Assembly (NCBI GenBank): GCA_965223855.1
Contig: CBDCXM010000009.1
Location: 2,560,001-2,624,000, forward strand
Source of the DNA: Candidatus Multivoradales bacterium
GTDB lineage: Bacteria; Acidobacteriota; Thermoanaerobaculia; Multivoradales; JAHEKO01
Direction of reading: 5' to 3'
Length of the DNA stretch: 64,000 nucleotides
A model generated the notes under the pieces. The model was not told where the DNA came from, made no database searches, and saw only the letters and a program-made list of their open reading frames with translations. Positions 9,081 through 19,690 of this stretch are shown here, piece after piece. The position numbers and the translations under genes are program-made. The first letter of the stretch is position 1, and every line of letters starts with the position of its first letter.

Positions 9081-10163
9081 TCAACTCGTCTCGGCGTTCT
9101 CGCCCGGGAGGATCCGCACCTCGCGTTGCGGGTAGGGGATCTCGATCTCCGCTTCGCGCAACGCGACGTAGACCCTTCGGAAGAGGTCGTCGAGCACCCG
9201 GCCGCGCAACACCGGCATCTCGATCCAGCCGAGCAACTCGTGGTCGATGCCCGAGTCGCCGAACGCCCGTATGCGGACCCGTGCTTCGGGTTCCTCGAGA
9301 ATGTCCGGCTGCTCCTCGGCCACGTTGAGAAGAACGTCCCTCACCTGGTCGAGGTCGGAGCCGTAGGCGACGCCGACCTTGAGACGGACGCGCTGCTTTT
9401 CCCACGGACCGCCACTTTCGTTGATGATCTTGGCGTTGGCGATCACCGCGTTGGGCACCGTCACTTCGACGTCGTCGCGAGTGAGGAGGCGCGTGCTGCG
9501 AAGGCCGATGTGCTGGACTTCGCCCCTCTCGCCGGTGTCGATCACGACGAAATCACCCTTCTTGTAGGGGGCGTCGGCGAGGATGAAGATGCCCGCGAAG
9601 AGGTTGGCCAGGGTGTCCTTGGCAGCGAAACCGACGGCGATCCCGACGACGCCTGCGGAGGCGAGCCAGGCAGTGACCTCGATGTTCCAGGAGAGGAAGA
9701 GGAAGTAGATCGCCGCGCCTACGATCACCACCCGTGCCACCTGCCCGAAGAGTGGCACCGTGCGCTCGTTGATCACCGGGAAGCGCTCGTGGTGGCGTCC
9801 GGCGACGCCGATCAGGAGGCTCGCGACCCTGGCGACGAAGATCGACCAGATGAGGACCGCGGTCGTCTTCAGGATCGGCAGGATCAGTTTGTCGAGATAG
9901 ACCTGCCCGATCTCGAGCTCGAGAGCCGCCAGCCACGCCCCCAGCAGCACCACGCTGGTGAAGACGGGGCGATCGAGGGCGGCGATCACCTCGTCATCGA
10001 AGTCCGTTTTCGTGAAACGCGCCCCGGTCTTGAGAACGACCCGGAGAAACCAGCTGACGATCCTGGCGGCGAGGACTGCGGCGAGCAGGATGGCACCTGC
10101 TCTCGCCCAGGAGTTCGTTCCCACCACCTCGAGGATCGGTTGCAGCCATTCGGGTGTGGTCAT
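9081..10163 (-). CDS. MscS family mechanosensitive channel
   Basis: 'GVVGIAVGFAAKDTLANLFAG', 'GEVQHIGLRST', 'VPN', 'VGVAYGSD', 'IEIPYPQR'. Confidence 0.93.
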   Translation of the reverse strand: MTTPEWLQPILEVVGTNSWARAGAILLAAVLAARIVSWFLRVVLKTGARFTKTDFDDEVIAALDRPVFTSVVLLGAWLAALELEIGQVYLDKLILPILKTTAVLIWSIFVARVASLLIGVAGRHHERFPVINERTVPLFGQVARVVIVGAAIYFLFLSWNIEVTAWLASAGVVGIAVGFAAKDTLANLFAGIFILADAPYKKGDFVVIDTGERGEVQHIGLRSTRLLTRDDVEVTVPNAVIANAKIINESGGPWEKQRVRLKVGVAYGSDLDQVRDVLLNVAEEQPDILEEPEARVRIRAFGDSGIDHELLGWIEMPVLRGRVLDDLFRRVYVALREAEIEIPYPQREVRILPGENAETS

Positions 10164-11485
10164 GCCTTCTCCTTTGCACTCCGATCACGCAGGAGGCCCG
10201 CGACCGTCCCGCCCAGTGCGAGAAGCGCGATGAGGTTGGGGATCGCCATCATGCCGTTGAGGATGTCCGCCCACGCCCAGGTGAGGCGAGGTCCGGCGAG
10301 TGCGCCGCCGGCGATGGCGATGCAGTAGAGCGCCCGGTACGGAGCACGCGCCCCCGGGCCGAAGAGATAGGCGGCGCTCTGCTCGCCGTAGAAGGCCCAG
10401 GTGATGAGAGTCGACAGGCCGAAGAGGACCGACGACGCCAGCACCAGCGGTCCACCGACACCGCCGAGCGCGGTGGAGAACGCCTCGGCGGTGAGTGCCG
10501 TCGAATCGAGCCCGGACTGCCAGGCACCGGTGACGAGGAGCGCGAGCCCGGTCGCGGTCGACACCACCATGGTGTCGAGGAATACCCCCAGCATGGCGAT
10601 CTTGCCCTGTCGGACGGGGTCGTTGGTCTTCGCCGACGCGTGGGCGATCGGCACCGAGCCGGTGCCCGCCTCGTTCGAGTAGACGCCCCGGGCGACGCCG
10701 AAGCGGAACGCCTCCCTGACGCCGGCGCCGAGAAAGCCGCCGGTCGCCGCGATCGGCGAGAAGGCGTGGTGCACCACGAGCTGAAGACTGGGCACGATCT
10801 GCTCCCGGAACAGCACCAGAACGACGGCGGCGCCGCTCAGGTAGAGAGCGCCCATCAGCGGAGCGAGGATGCTGGAGGTGCGCGCGATCGATCTGACACC
10901 GCCGAGGATCGCCGCTGCGCAGACCGCGGCCAGCAGCAGGCAGGTGGTGAGCGCGTTCCAGCCGACCTGCGCCTCGACCACCGAGGCGATCGAGTTCGAC
11001 TGGACGACGGTCGTCGCCAGCAGAGTCTTGACCGCCAGCCCGAAGGCGAAGAAGGCGGCCAGTCGGCGCCAGCCGAGGGCGTCCCGCAAGTAGTACATCG
11101 GGCCGCCGACGTAGAGTCCGTCGGCCTCGCGGCGGCGATAGCGGACGCCGAGCACTGATTCGGCGAACATCGTCCCCATGCCGACGAGACCCGAGATCCA
11201 CATCCAGAAGAGCGCCCCGGGGCCGCCCGCGGTCACGGCGGTGGCGACCCCTGCGAGATTGCCGTTGCCGACGATCCCGCCGACGGCGGTCATCAGGGCG
11301 GCGAACGGGCTGATGTCGCCGTCCTCGTCGCGCTTGCGCGCCGTCAGCAGCCTGACGGCGGACGCGAAGCCGCTGAACTGGATGGCGCGGAGCCTGACGA
11401 ACAGGTAGAGGCCGGTGCCGAGCACCAGCAGCAGCATGGGCAGGCCCCACAGCCAGTCACTGAAGCTCTGGATCCACCCGCTCAT
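10160..11485 (-). CDS. Alanine/glycine:cation symporter (AGCS family)
   Basis: 'GNLAGVATA..AGGPGALFWMW', 'GGPMYY', 'RGVYSNEAGTGS', 'MAIPNLIA'. Confidence 0.93.
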   Translation of the reverse strand: MSGWIQSFSDWLWGLPMLLLVLGTGLYLFVRLRAIQFSGFASAVRLLTARKRDEDGDISPFAALMTAVGGIVGNGNLAGVATAVTAGGPGALFWMWISGLVGMGTMFAESVLGVRYRRREADGLYVGGPMYYLRDALGWRRLAAFFAFGLAVKTLLATTVVQSNSIASVVEAQVGWNALTTCLLLAAVCAAAILGGVRSIARTSSILAPLMGALYLSGAAVVLVLFREQIVPSLQLVVHHAFSPIAATGGFLGAGVREAFRFGVARGVYSNEAGTGSVPIAHASAKTNDPVRQGKIAMLGVFLDTMVVSTATGLALLVTGAWQSGLDSTALTAEAFSTALGGVGGPLVLASSVLFGLSTLITWAFYGEQSAAYLFGPGARAPYRALYCIAIAGGALAGPRLTWAWADILNGMMAIPNLIALLALGGTVAGLLRDRSAKEKA

Positions 11486-11590
11486 CTGAGGAGCGGTGAC
11501 TATACAGGCAGCCTCCTTCGTCCCGAAGACCCCGGTAGTCGCGCTAGCCGGTTGGGCACCGCAAGCAGGGTTGAGGCGAGGTGCGTGGGC

Positions 11591-13564
11591 TCAGGGCAGG
11601 GTTGCGGACCAGGCCGAAGTATCCCCCGACTCGAATCCATCGCTGAAGATTCGACTGGTGTAGGAATACACCCCTGCGTTGGTCGCGATCCAGAGGACCG
11701 GCGGGTTCGTGCGAGAGAGATCGACCGATCGCAGATACCGCAGGTCGCGGGGTAACCCCTCCGTGCTGAAAGGTGCCCAGGTGTCGCCGTCGTCGGTCGA
11801 TCGGTACAGCCTCTCGGCCGCGGCGTAGAGTTCGCCAGCCGTGGGTCCGGCGGCGATAGAGACTGCGGCGAACGGTGGATCGAGCAGGTCCCATGTCCCC
11901 CCCGAATCCGTGCTCCGGCGCAACTGGGATTCCGAACCGCTGAAGAAGAGGCTGAACACCGTGCTCGACTCCACCGGATTGGCCTCGATGACCGCAAGAC
12001 ATTGGCCCGACGGCCCTTCGTCGAGAACCTTGGTCCAGACGGAGCCTCCATCCTGACTCCGCTCTACCCAGCACCGCCAGCCACCGTCCAGCCCTCCTCC
12101 GGTGACCAGGAGCAAGTTCCGGTCGTGCGCGGGGAAAGCGACGTCGAGGGGGTAGTACCAGTCCCAGCTCGGGTCGATGGGAAGCTGCTGCGACCAACTG
12201 GACCCGTCGTCGTTGGTGATCGAGAGCGCAGGGGCCTGCGTGGACTGGATGAAGACGTGACCGAGTATCCGCCGGGAGGCCAGATTCGGGTCGATGTCGA
12301 GCGAACCGAAGTTAATGGGGATACCGGCAGGTGTCACCTCAGTCCAGGTGGCTGCGGTGTCCGTGCTCTCCCAGACGCCGGAGAGGTCGAACCAGAAGGC
12401 GCGGGCCGGATCGGTCGGATCTGGGGTGAGTCCACCTGCCGGCTGAGGAAGGCCGGTGTTGGCGGCTGTCCAGGTGGCACCGCCGTCCGTGGTCCTCAAC
12501 CGACCGAACTCGTCGAAAGCGACGACACCGGAAGAAGGTGACGCGGTGACCCGGTCGTCGAACGCCTGCAAGCCGGCGACACGATCGTGCCATGTCGCGC
12601 CGGCGTCGGTGGAACGACGCAGCCCGTAACGGTTGGCGAAGAAGATCTCTGTCGTCGAGCCCGTTGCGAACGCGGCGCGGTACGTCGTGAACTGGCGAGC
12701 TGCGTCCGGTAGCGAGGTCCAGGAAACGCCCCCGTCGGAGCTCGACCAGAGACTCTCGCGACGATTCACCAGCATGTGCAGGGCGTTGGTCGAGGATATG
12801 TCTACGTCGTCCTCGCCCCGGACGTTGTCACTCTCCGACCAGGAATCCCCTCCGTTGGTGGTGACAGCCACGTCCGAGGAGCCCCCTGCGAGAACCGTTC
12901 CGGGAGCCGTGCGTGAGACGGCGATCCGAGCAGGTAGGAACGACAGCGAACCGGCGACGGCGTTCCAGGTCGCACCTCCGTCGGTCGTCCGAATCACTCC
13001 TCCAGAGGTGGCGCAGTAGGCGATCAGGTCTGTCGTCGGATCGAACTCGCACTCGCGCATGAGCGAAGGCCCGGGGTCGGAGACGTGCCAGGTCTGGCCG
13101 CCGTCCAACGACCGGTAGAGACCGGAGGGTACGCTCATCAACAGGAGGACTCGATCCGAGTTGCCCGGGGCCACGGCGATCTGGCGTGGCGTGCCCACTG
13201 GTGACGGGAGGGTCGCCCAGGTGAGTCCCCCGTTCATCGATCGGAGCGCCGGTCGGTCGTCGGTCGAGTCGATGGCGTAGAGCACTCCATCGTCAGCGAT
13301 CGTCAGGTTGCGGATCGTCTGGTTGGCGCCGTCGGCAACTCTCACCCAGCTGGCTCCCGAATCGTCCGATCGAAAGGGGCCGTTCACCGTGCCGACGTAG
13401 TAGCGCCCTGGTTGCGACGAGTCGCCGACGAGGTCGTACACCTTGCCTCCGAACGGCCCGCCGCCCGTCCAGGCGCCACCGCCCGCCGAGACCGCCAGGG
13501 CGTGGAAGGCCACCCAAAGGAGGACGAGGATGATTCTGGTCAAGTTGCGAGCTCCTCTTGCCAT
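11591..13564 (-). CDS. Secreted BNR/Asp-box repeat beta-propeller protein with C-terminal FSDGFESGD tail
   Basis: Signal peptide; more than 10 'SxDGGxTW' Asp-boxes; ends IFSDGFESGDTSAWSATLP. Confidence 0.85.
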   Translation of the reverse strand: MARGARNLTRIILVLLWVAFHALAVSAGGGAWTGGGPFGGKVYDLVGDSSQPGRYYVGTVNGPFRSDDSGASWVRVADGANQTIRNLTIADDGVLYAIDSTDDRPALRSMNGGLTWATLPSPVGTPRQIAVAPGNSDRVLLLMSVPSGLYRSLDGGQTWHVSDPGPSLMRECEFDPTTDLIAYCATSGGVIRTTDGGATWNAVAGSLSFLPARIAVSRTAPGTVLAGGSSDVAVTTNGGDSWSESDNVRGEDDVDISSTNALHMLVNRRESLWSSSDGGVSWTSLPDAARQFTTYRAAFATGSTTEIFFANRYGLRRSTDAGATWHDRVAGLQAFDDRVTASPSSGVVAFDEFGRLRTTDGGATWTAANTGLPQPAGGLTPDPTDPARAFWFDLSGVWESTDTAATWTEVTPAGIPINFGSLDIDPNLASRRILGHVFIQSTQAPALSITNDDGSSWSQQLPIDPSWDWYYPLDVAFPAHDRNLLLVTGGGLDGGWRCWVERSQDGGSVWTKVLDEGPSGQCLAVIEANPVESSTVFSLFFSGSESQLRRSTDSGGTWDLLDPPFAAVSIAAGPTAGELYAAAERLYRSTDDGDTWAPFSTEGLPRDLRYLRSVDLSRTNPPVLWIATNAGVYSYTSRIFSDGFESGDTSAWSATLP

Positions 13565-13775
13565 GAAACGAATGCCACCCTTTCGACCGATAGACGCTTC
13601 GCACGGTGCGGAGCGCGCGCACCTACCTGCCGCTCCACGTTGTCGCTGCGGCCAGGACGTAGAAGTTTAGCAATGCGAGGCAGATGGATGGGGCCTGCGC
13701 GGTGGATGGACGCTTCGGCATGGTGTGCGCTGAGGAATGTCGGACGAGCACGGGTCGGTTGTACGCTGGGTGACG

Positions 13776-16238
13776 ATGTTCCGAGTCGCCCTTCTAGCAG
13801 CGCTCAGCCTCGCCCTTCCTGCCGCCGTCAACGGGGAGAACGGGGCGTTGGGGCTCGAGCACCGGACCTGGCTCGAGGAAGTCGATCCCCTCATCAGCAA
13901 GCAGGAGCGCCGCGAGTTCCTCAAGCTCGAGAAGGACTATCAGCGCGACGCCTTCATCGAGCGCTTCTGGGAGGTGAGGGACCCGTTCCCGGACACCCGC
14001 GTCAACGAGTTCCGGGAGCTCTATTACTCGCGGCTCGAGGACGTCTACGAAGAGTGGGGGGGGCTCGAGGACGATCGGGCCAGGATGTTCGTGCTCAACG
14101 GCGAGCCGAGCGAGAAACTCGAGACCGACTGCGGTTTTCTGACCTGGCCGATGGAGGTCTGGACGTACGCCTATTCGGCGCGGCTCAGTCGGCCGGTTCA
14201 CGCGATCTTCTACCAGCGCAACTCGGGCGGGCCGTTCCGGCTCTGGAATCCGGCCGAGGGACACGCGGTGCTTCTCATGACGATCAACGAGGAGGAGCAT
14301 CCCGAGGACCAGCGCAACGTCTTCCATAGCGTCGTTCTGGAGTACTGCGCCGAGTTCTGGGACGACGCGCTGGCGATGCTGGAGACCTTCACGATCGTAG
14401 AGCGGGAGATGGGGGCGAGCTCCGCGCAGGCTGCGAGCAGCCCGCGATCGCTCGACCCCGAGTGGCTGGGCGGCTTCCGCGCCTTCTCGACCGACGTTCC
14501 CCAGGACGCTCCAACCCTGTCGGCGGAGCTCGAGGTGGCGTTCGTCGGGCGCCATCAGAGCCGGACTCGCGTGGCCGGTACCTTCCTCGTTCCCCGCACG
14601 GCGGCGACCCTGGCGGGAGAGGGGGAGGCGGCCTCCTACAACTTTCAGCTCACCGGCGAGGTTTTGCGAGACGGCGCGCTCTTCGAGTCGTTCCGCTACC
14701 GCTTCGATCTTCCGCTGCAACGACTCCGCGCGGACGAGCTTTCGTTGCAGTTCGAGCGGTTGCTCCGGCCCGCGGCGTATTCCCTGGTGCTCAAGCTCGA
14801 GGATCTCAACGGCGGCACGGTTCTGAGACGTGAGGAGCCGCTCGAAGTGCCCGCCGTCGTAGCGACGGCGAGCGCGGATGCCGCCGCCGGCGAGGAGGAG
14901 ACGCCTGACGAAGAGCCTTCGGTGGCCCTCGGCGTGCCCTCGGAGGACGTTCTCAGCGGCGCCACGCGGTTTGTCGCCGCGGTGGAGGGTGAAGCCGTGA
15001 AGAAGGTGAGGTTCCTGCTCGACGGGATTGAGGTTCTCACCAAGACGAGGCCGCCCTATAGCGTCGAACTCGACCTCGGCGGCGTGCCGCGCTCGCACAC
15101 CGTCCGCGCGGTGGCGATCGGAGCCGACGGCTCCGAGCTGGCGACCGACGAACTGCTTCTCAATCCGGGAAAGCAGAACTTCGTCGTCCGCCTGGTCGAG
15201 CCGCGCGACGGAGCGGACGTAGAGCGGTCGGTGAGGGTGCGGGCCCAGGCTTCGGTGCCCGAGGGGAAGAGACTCGATCGTCTCGAGCTCTTCGTCGGTG
15301 AGCAGCGGGTCGCGACGCTCTACCAGGAGCCGTTCGTCCAGAGTGTGAATCTCGATCCGGGCGAGCTCCAGTATCTGCGGGCGATCGGCCACCTCGAGGA
15401 CGGCAGCCAGAGCGAGGACCTGGTGGTCGTCAATTCCGGTCAGTTCGGGGCGACGGTCGACGTGCGGCTGGTCGAACTCTATGCGGCGGTCCTCGACGGC
15501 AACGGCTCACCGGTGGAGGGGTTGCAGGCGTCGGACTTCTCGGTGGTCGAGGCAGGCTCCGAGCAGGAGCTGTTCCGCTTCGAGTTCCTGCGCGACCTGC
15601 CGCTCTTCGCCGGCCTGTTGATCGATACCTCCGGATCGATGGCCGAGCACTTCGAGACAGTCCACCGGATGGGAAGCGCGTTCCTCGAGTCGACGATCGG
15701 GCCTCGAGACCGGGCGGCCGTGATCACCTTCAGCGAGCAGCCGCGTCTCGCTTCCGCCTTCACGGCGGACCATCCGACGCTCTCGAGCGCCCTCGCGGGC
15801 CTGCGCGCCGAGCAGGGGACGGCTCTGTGGGACAGCGTCGTCTACGCGATCGACTACTTCGGCGGCGTCAAGGCGCAGCGAGCGGTCGTTCTGCTGTCCG
15901 ATGGTGACGATCGCCGCAGTCAGCATACCTTCGACGAGGCCCTGCGCTTCGCCCAGAGCAGCGGCGTGACGGTCTACACGGTGGGGCTCGATCAGCAGGT
16001 GACCCGACAGGGCCGGCGGCTGCTCGCGCGCCTTGCCGAGGGCACCGGCGGCAGGAGTTACTTCCTCGGCGATCTGAACGGTCTCGGCGACGTCTATGAC
16101 GAGATCGAGCGCGAACTGCGATCGCGCTACCTGCTGGCGTACAGGTCGTCGAGTGAGGGCGCCGGCTTCCGCCCGATCGAGATCCAGGTCGCCGATCGGG
16201 ACCTCGAGATCCGCGCCCTCAAGGGCTACTTCCCCTAG
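13776..16238 (+). CDS. GWxTD domain + Ig-like + VWA domain protein
   Basis: Signal peptide; 'FIERFW.VRDP', 'DDRARMFVLNGEP' (GWxTD-like); 'PPYS'/'EPF' Ig modules; MIDAS 'IDTSGSM', 'GTALWD', 'LSDGDD', 'TGG'; TACGCT-N8-ATG supports start 13776. Confidence 0.85.
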   Translation: MFRVALLAALSLALPAAVNGENGALGLEHRTWLEEVDPLISKQERREFLKLEKDYQRDAFIERFWEVRDPFPDTRVNEFRELYYSRLEDVYEEWGGLEDDRARMFVLNGEPSEKLETDCGFLTWPMEVWTYAYSARLSRPVHAIFYQRNSGGPFRLWNPAEGHAVLLMTINEEEHPEDQRNVFHSVVLEYCAEFWDDALAMLETFTIVEREMGASSAQAASSPRSLDPEWLGGFRAFSTDVPQDAPTLSAELEVAFVGRHQSRTRVAGTFLVPRTAATLAGEGEAASYNFQLTGEVLRDGALFESFRYRFDLPLQRLRADELSLQFERLLRPAAYSLVLKLEDLNGGTVLRREEPLEVPAVVATASADAAAGEEETPDEEPSVALGVPSEDVLSGATRFVAAVEGEAVKKVRFLLDGIEVLTKTRPPYSVELDLGGVPRSHTVRAVAIGADGSELATDELLLNPGKQNFVVRLVEPRDGADVERSVRVRAQASVPEGKRLDRLELFVGEQRVATLYQEPFVQSVNLDPGELQYLRAIGHLEDGSQSEDLVVVNSGQFGATVDVRLVELYAAVLDGNGSPVEGLQASDFSVVEAGSEQELFRFEFLRDLPLFAGLLIDTSGSMAEHFETVHRMGSAFLESTIGPRDRAAVITFSEQPRLASAFTADHPTLSSALAGLRAEQGTALWDSVVYAIDYFGGVKAQRAVVLLSDGDDRRSQHTFDEALRFAQSSGVTVYTVGLDQQVTRQGRRLLARLAEGTGGRSYFLGDLNGLGDVYDEIERELRSRYLLAYRSSSEGAGFRPIEIQVADRDLEIRALKGYFP

Positions 16239-16239
16239 C

Positions 16240-16300
16240 CCGTGTGCCCTCCCGCTGCGGTGGGAGGGCACACGGTCCGGTCTGAAGGCGGACCGGACCG
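16240..16300. terminator. Tandem GC-rich hairpins between convergent genes
   Basis: CCGTGTGCCCTCCC/GGGAGGGCACACGG (14 bp) then CGGTCCGGTC/GACCGGACCG (10 bp); no U-tract. Confidence 0.5.
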
Positions 16301-16304
16301 CGGG

Positions 16305-17411
<1,107 letters not shown>

Positions 17412-17712
17412 CTCGTTACCCCTTTCGAGGGAAGAGTTTTCGGTCGCGCCGTTCGGGGAGGCTCATGGCAGTGTAGCAAAGGGCTCGATCGGCGCCCCGG
17501 CGTTGCTTGCATTCGCGCTTGGGCGCGTGGGACACTTTCCGGGTCGTGGCGCAGTGCCCCGACGTCAGTCACGGACCGCACTTCCGATTCCCTAACAAAG
17601 AGAGAGTCAGATTCGTCGCAGACCGGGCTGAGCTGTATCAAGCGGCGGGCTCGCCCCGCTCAGGAAGCGCCGGACAGGCGCTGAGAGTTTTGAAGAAGGA
17701 GTAGCTAGCACC

Positions 17713-17916
17713 ATGGCAAACGAAGGTACCGTCAAGTGGTTCAACGAGTCGAAGGGGTACGGTTTTCTGTCGCAGGATGACGGGCCGGACGTCTTCGTCC
17801 ACTATTCGGCGATCCAGGGAGACGGTTTCCGCACCCTGAACGAGGGTGAGCGGGTGAGCTTCGACATCGGCGAGGGTCCGAAGGGGCCTCACGCGATCAA
17901 CGTCGTTCGCCTTTAG
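17713..17916 (+). CDS. Cold-shock protein (CspA family)
   Basis: '[14 protein letters not shown]' (RNP1), 'DVFVHYSAI' (RNP2); AAGGAG RBS. Confidence 0.97.
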   Translation: MANEGTVKWFNESKGYGFLSQDDGPDVFVHYSAIQGDGFRTLNEGERVSFDIGEGPKGPHAINVVRL

Positions 17917-17946
17917 AACGCCTGAAGATTCCAGAAGAAGTTTCGG

Positions 17947-17982
17947 CGCCCCGTCGGAGAGTCCGGCGGGGCGTTTTCCTTT
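17947..17982 (+). terminator. Intrinsic terminator of the cold-shock gene
   Basis: CGCCCCGTCGGA-GAG-TCCGGCGGGGCG-TTTTCCTTT. Confidence 0.8.
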
Positions 17983-18010
17983 CCACACAGCGCCGTCTCG
18001 GCCGGGACGG

Positions 18011-18739
18011 CTATTGCGAAGGGTCGGTGCTGGAAGTCCCGTCTTCCGACGGCTGACCCAGTTGCAGCGCATACCTCCCGCGTGGCCCCTCGAGGACGAC
18101 CGTCCGCTCCGAGATCTCGACGATTCGAAGAGACAGGACCGGATCGCCGATCGACAGCAGCGCTCCGTTGATCACCGCCGACGGCGCGGTCGGCGACCAG
18201 GCGATGCCGCTGAGGAGAATCTCCCCCTCCGGTAGAACCAGCGAGCCCACGTGGTACCACGTGTCGCCCGCTGGTGGTGCGGTCGCCGGCACGGGATCGG
18301 GAGCCGGTTCCGGTGGGGGAGGTGAACTCTCGGCTCCACTCCCAGGGCCGGCGGCGGCTCGGTCGTCGGGAGCGCCGGCCCGCGCCGGCCTGCCTGCCGG
18401 CTCGGTAGCCGGTTGTCCTTGAGATTCTGTGCTCTCTGCAACGGCGTTCTGCAGGTCGGTGTGCGGCGGCGTCTCGCCGACTCGAGCCTGCGGCTGCGAT
18501 TCGGCCCGCTTGGCTACGGGAGCCGTCGGCTCGACCGGTCGTCCCGCGGGATCGTCGTTCAGTCGCAGCACCAGGACCAGGAGCACCGCCACCGCAGCGA
18601 GCCCCGAGATCCACCAGGCCGGAACGGGCGAGCGTTTCCGCGGTGGCGGCGGCAAGCTCGGGCGACCCTTCGACGGCTGCCCTTCCCGCTCCGCGGCCTC
18701 CGCCCGCGCTCGTTTCAGGGCGTCGTTGACGAGGCTCAA
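18011..18739 (-). CDS. GspB/ExeB-like membrane-anchored protein
   Basis: TTG start overlapping the upstream stop; '(M)SLVNDALKRA', TM helix, Pro/Ala linker, C-terminal 'LSGIAWS...SAVING....GD....LRIVEI'. Confidence 0.7.
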   Translation of the reverse strand: MSLVNDALKRARAEAAEREGQPSKGRPSLPPPPRKRSPVPAWWISGLAAVAVLLVLVLRLNDDPAGRPVEPTAPVAKRAESQPQARVGETPPHTDLQNAVAESTESQGQPATEPAGRPARAGAPDDRAAAGPGSGAESSPPPPEPAPDPVPATAPPAGDTWYHVGSLVLPEGEILLSGIAWSPTAPSAVINGALLSIGDPVLSLRIVEISERTVVLEGPRGRYALQLGQPSEDGTSSTDPSQ

Positions 18740-19545
18740 GACGCCTCTCCTTCGAGGTCGCGAATCGCCCGCCTCACGTGCCGCCCTCGGAGCTCGAAGG
18801 TCTGATCGACGTATCCCGCCAGCAGCGCCTTGTCGGTCACGGCGTTGATGAGTCGCGGCACGCCGCGAGAGTAGCGCTGCACGCGTCGTACCGCCCAGCT
18901 GGAGAAGCTCGGTGCCGGGTCCGCCCCTGCCACTGCGAGCCTGTGGCGGATGTAGGAGTCGGTTTCCTCGATCTTCAGTGGACGGAGGTGGTAGCGGACG
19001 GTGATCCGTTGCCGCAGCTGCTCGAGCTGTCGCAGCTTGTCGCGCAGCTCCGGCTGGCCGATGAGGATGATCTGCACCAGCTTGCGCTCGTCGGTCTCGA
19101 GATTCGAGAGCAGTCGAATCTGCTCGAGAGCTCCGAGGGTGAGTGCCTGGGCGTCGTCGACGATCAGTACGACGTCGCGCTGGTTGCCGAACTGCTCGAG
19201 CAGGAAACCGTTGAGACGCTCGAGCAGCTCCACCCGGTCGGTCACCTCGGCGTCGAGCTCGAACTCCCGCAGGATGGTGCGGAGGAGCTGCGTGTTGTTC
19301 ATCCGCGGGTTGAGCACAAGGGCGGTGGCAAAATCTCGAGCATCGAGTTGCTGCAGCAGGGCGCGACACAGCGTCGTCTTGCCGGCGCCGATCTCACCGG
19401 TGATCTGAATGAAGCCCTTGCGCTCCCGCAACCCGAACAGCAGGTGGTTGAACGCCTCCCGGTGCTTGGTGCTGAAGAAGAGGAACCGCGGGTCCGGCGT
19501 GATGTTGAAGGGCGGCTCGTCGAAGCCGTAGAAGTCGTAGTACAC
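18736..19545 (-). CDS. ExeA/GspA family AAA ATPase
   Basis: 'MYYDFYGF.E.PF.ITPDPRF', Walker A 'GEIGAGKTT', Walker B 'LIVDDAQ', 'LIGQPEL', 'QLRQRI', 'GVPRLIN'. Confidence 0.92.
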   Translation of the reverse strand: MYYDFYGFDEPPFNITPDPRFLFFSTKHREAFNHLLFGLRERKGFIQITGEIGAGKTTLCRALLQQLDARDFATALVLNPRMNNTQLLRTILREFELDAEVTDRVELLERLNGFLLEQFGNQRDVVLIVDDAQALTLGALEQIRLLSNLETDERKLVQIILIGQPELRDKLRQLEQLRQRITVRYHLRPLKIEETDSYIRHRLAVAGADPAPSFSSWAVRRVQRYSRGVPRLINAVTDKALLAGYVDQTFELRGRHVRRAIRDLEGEAS

Positions 19546-19690
19546 GATCGGTGGGGGCGGGGTGAGGGCGGAGAGTCTAGCGCAGCCGGTGGCCCTCGAC
19601 CGTCCGACGGCCTTCTGCGGTACGGTGTCGGGAGCCGGTCCGCGTCGCTCGCGCGAGCCCGCCGGGCGGCGAGGGAAAGGAGACCGAACG

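Noticed and set aside
11486-11590. Glycine riboswitch upstream of the alanine/glycine symporter
   Set aside because: Only GAAGGAG and CTCAG fragments are present; a TATAGT -10-like box 13 nt before the ATG leaves no room for an aptamer
11591-13564. Horizontally acquired island around the BNR gene (codon use looks slightly less GC-biased)
   Set aside because: No integrase, tRNA or flanking repeats; the gene carries the host-type C-terminal tail; the bias was not quantified
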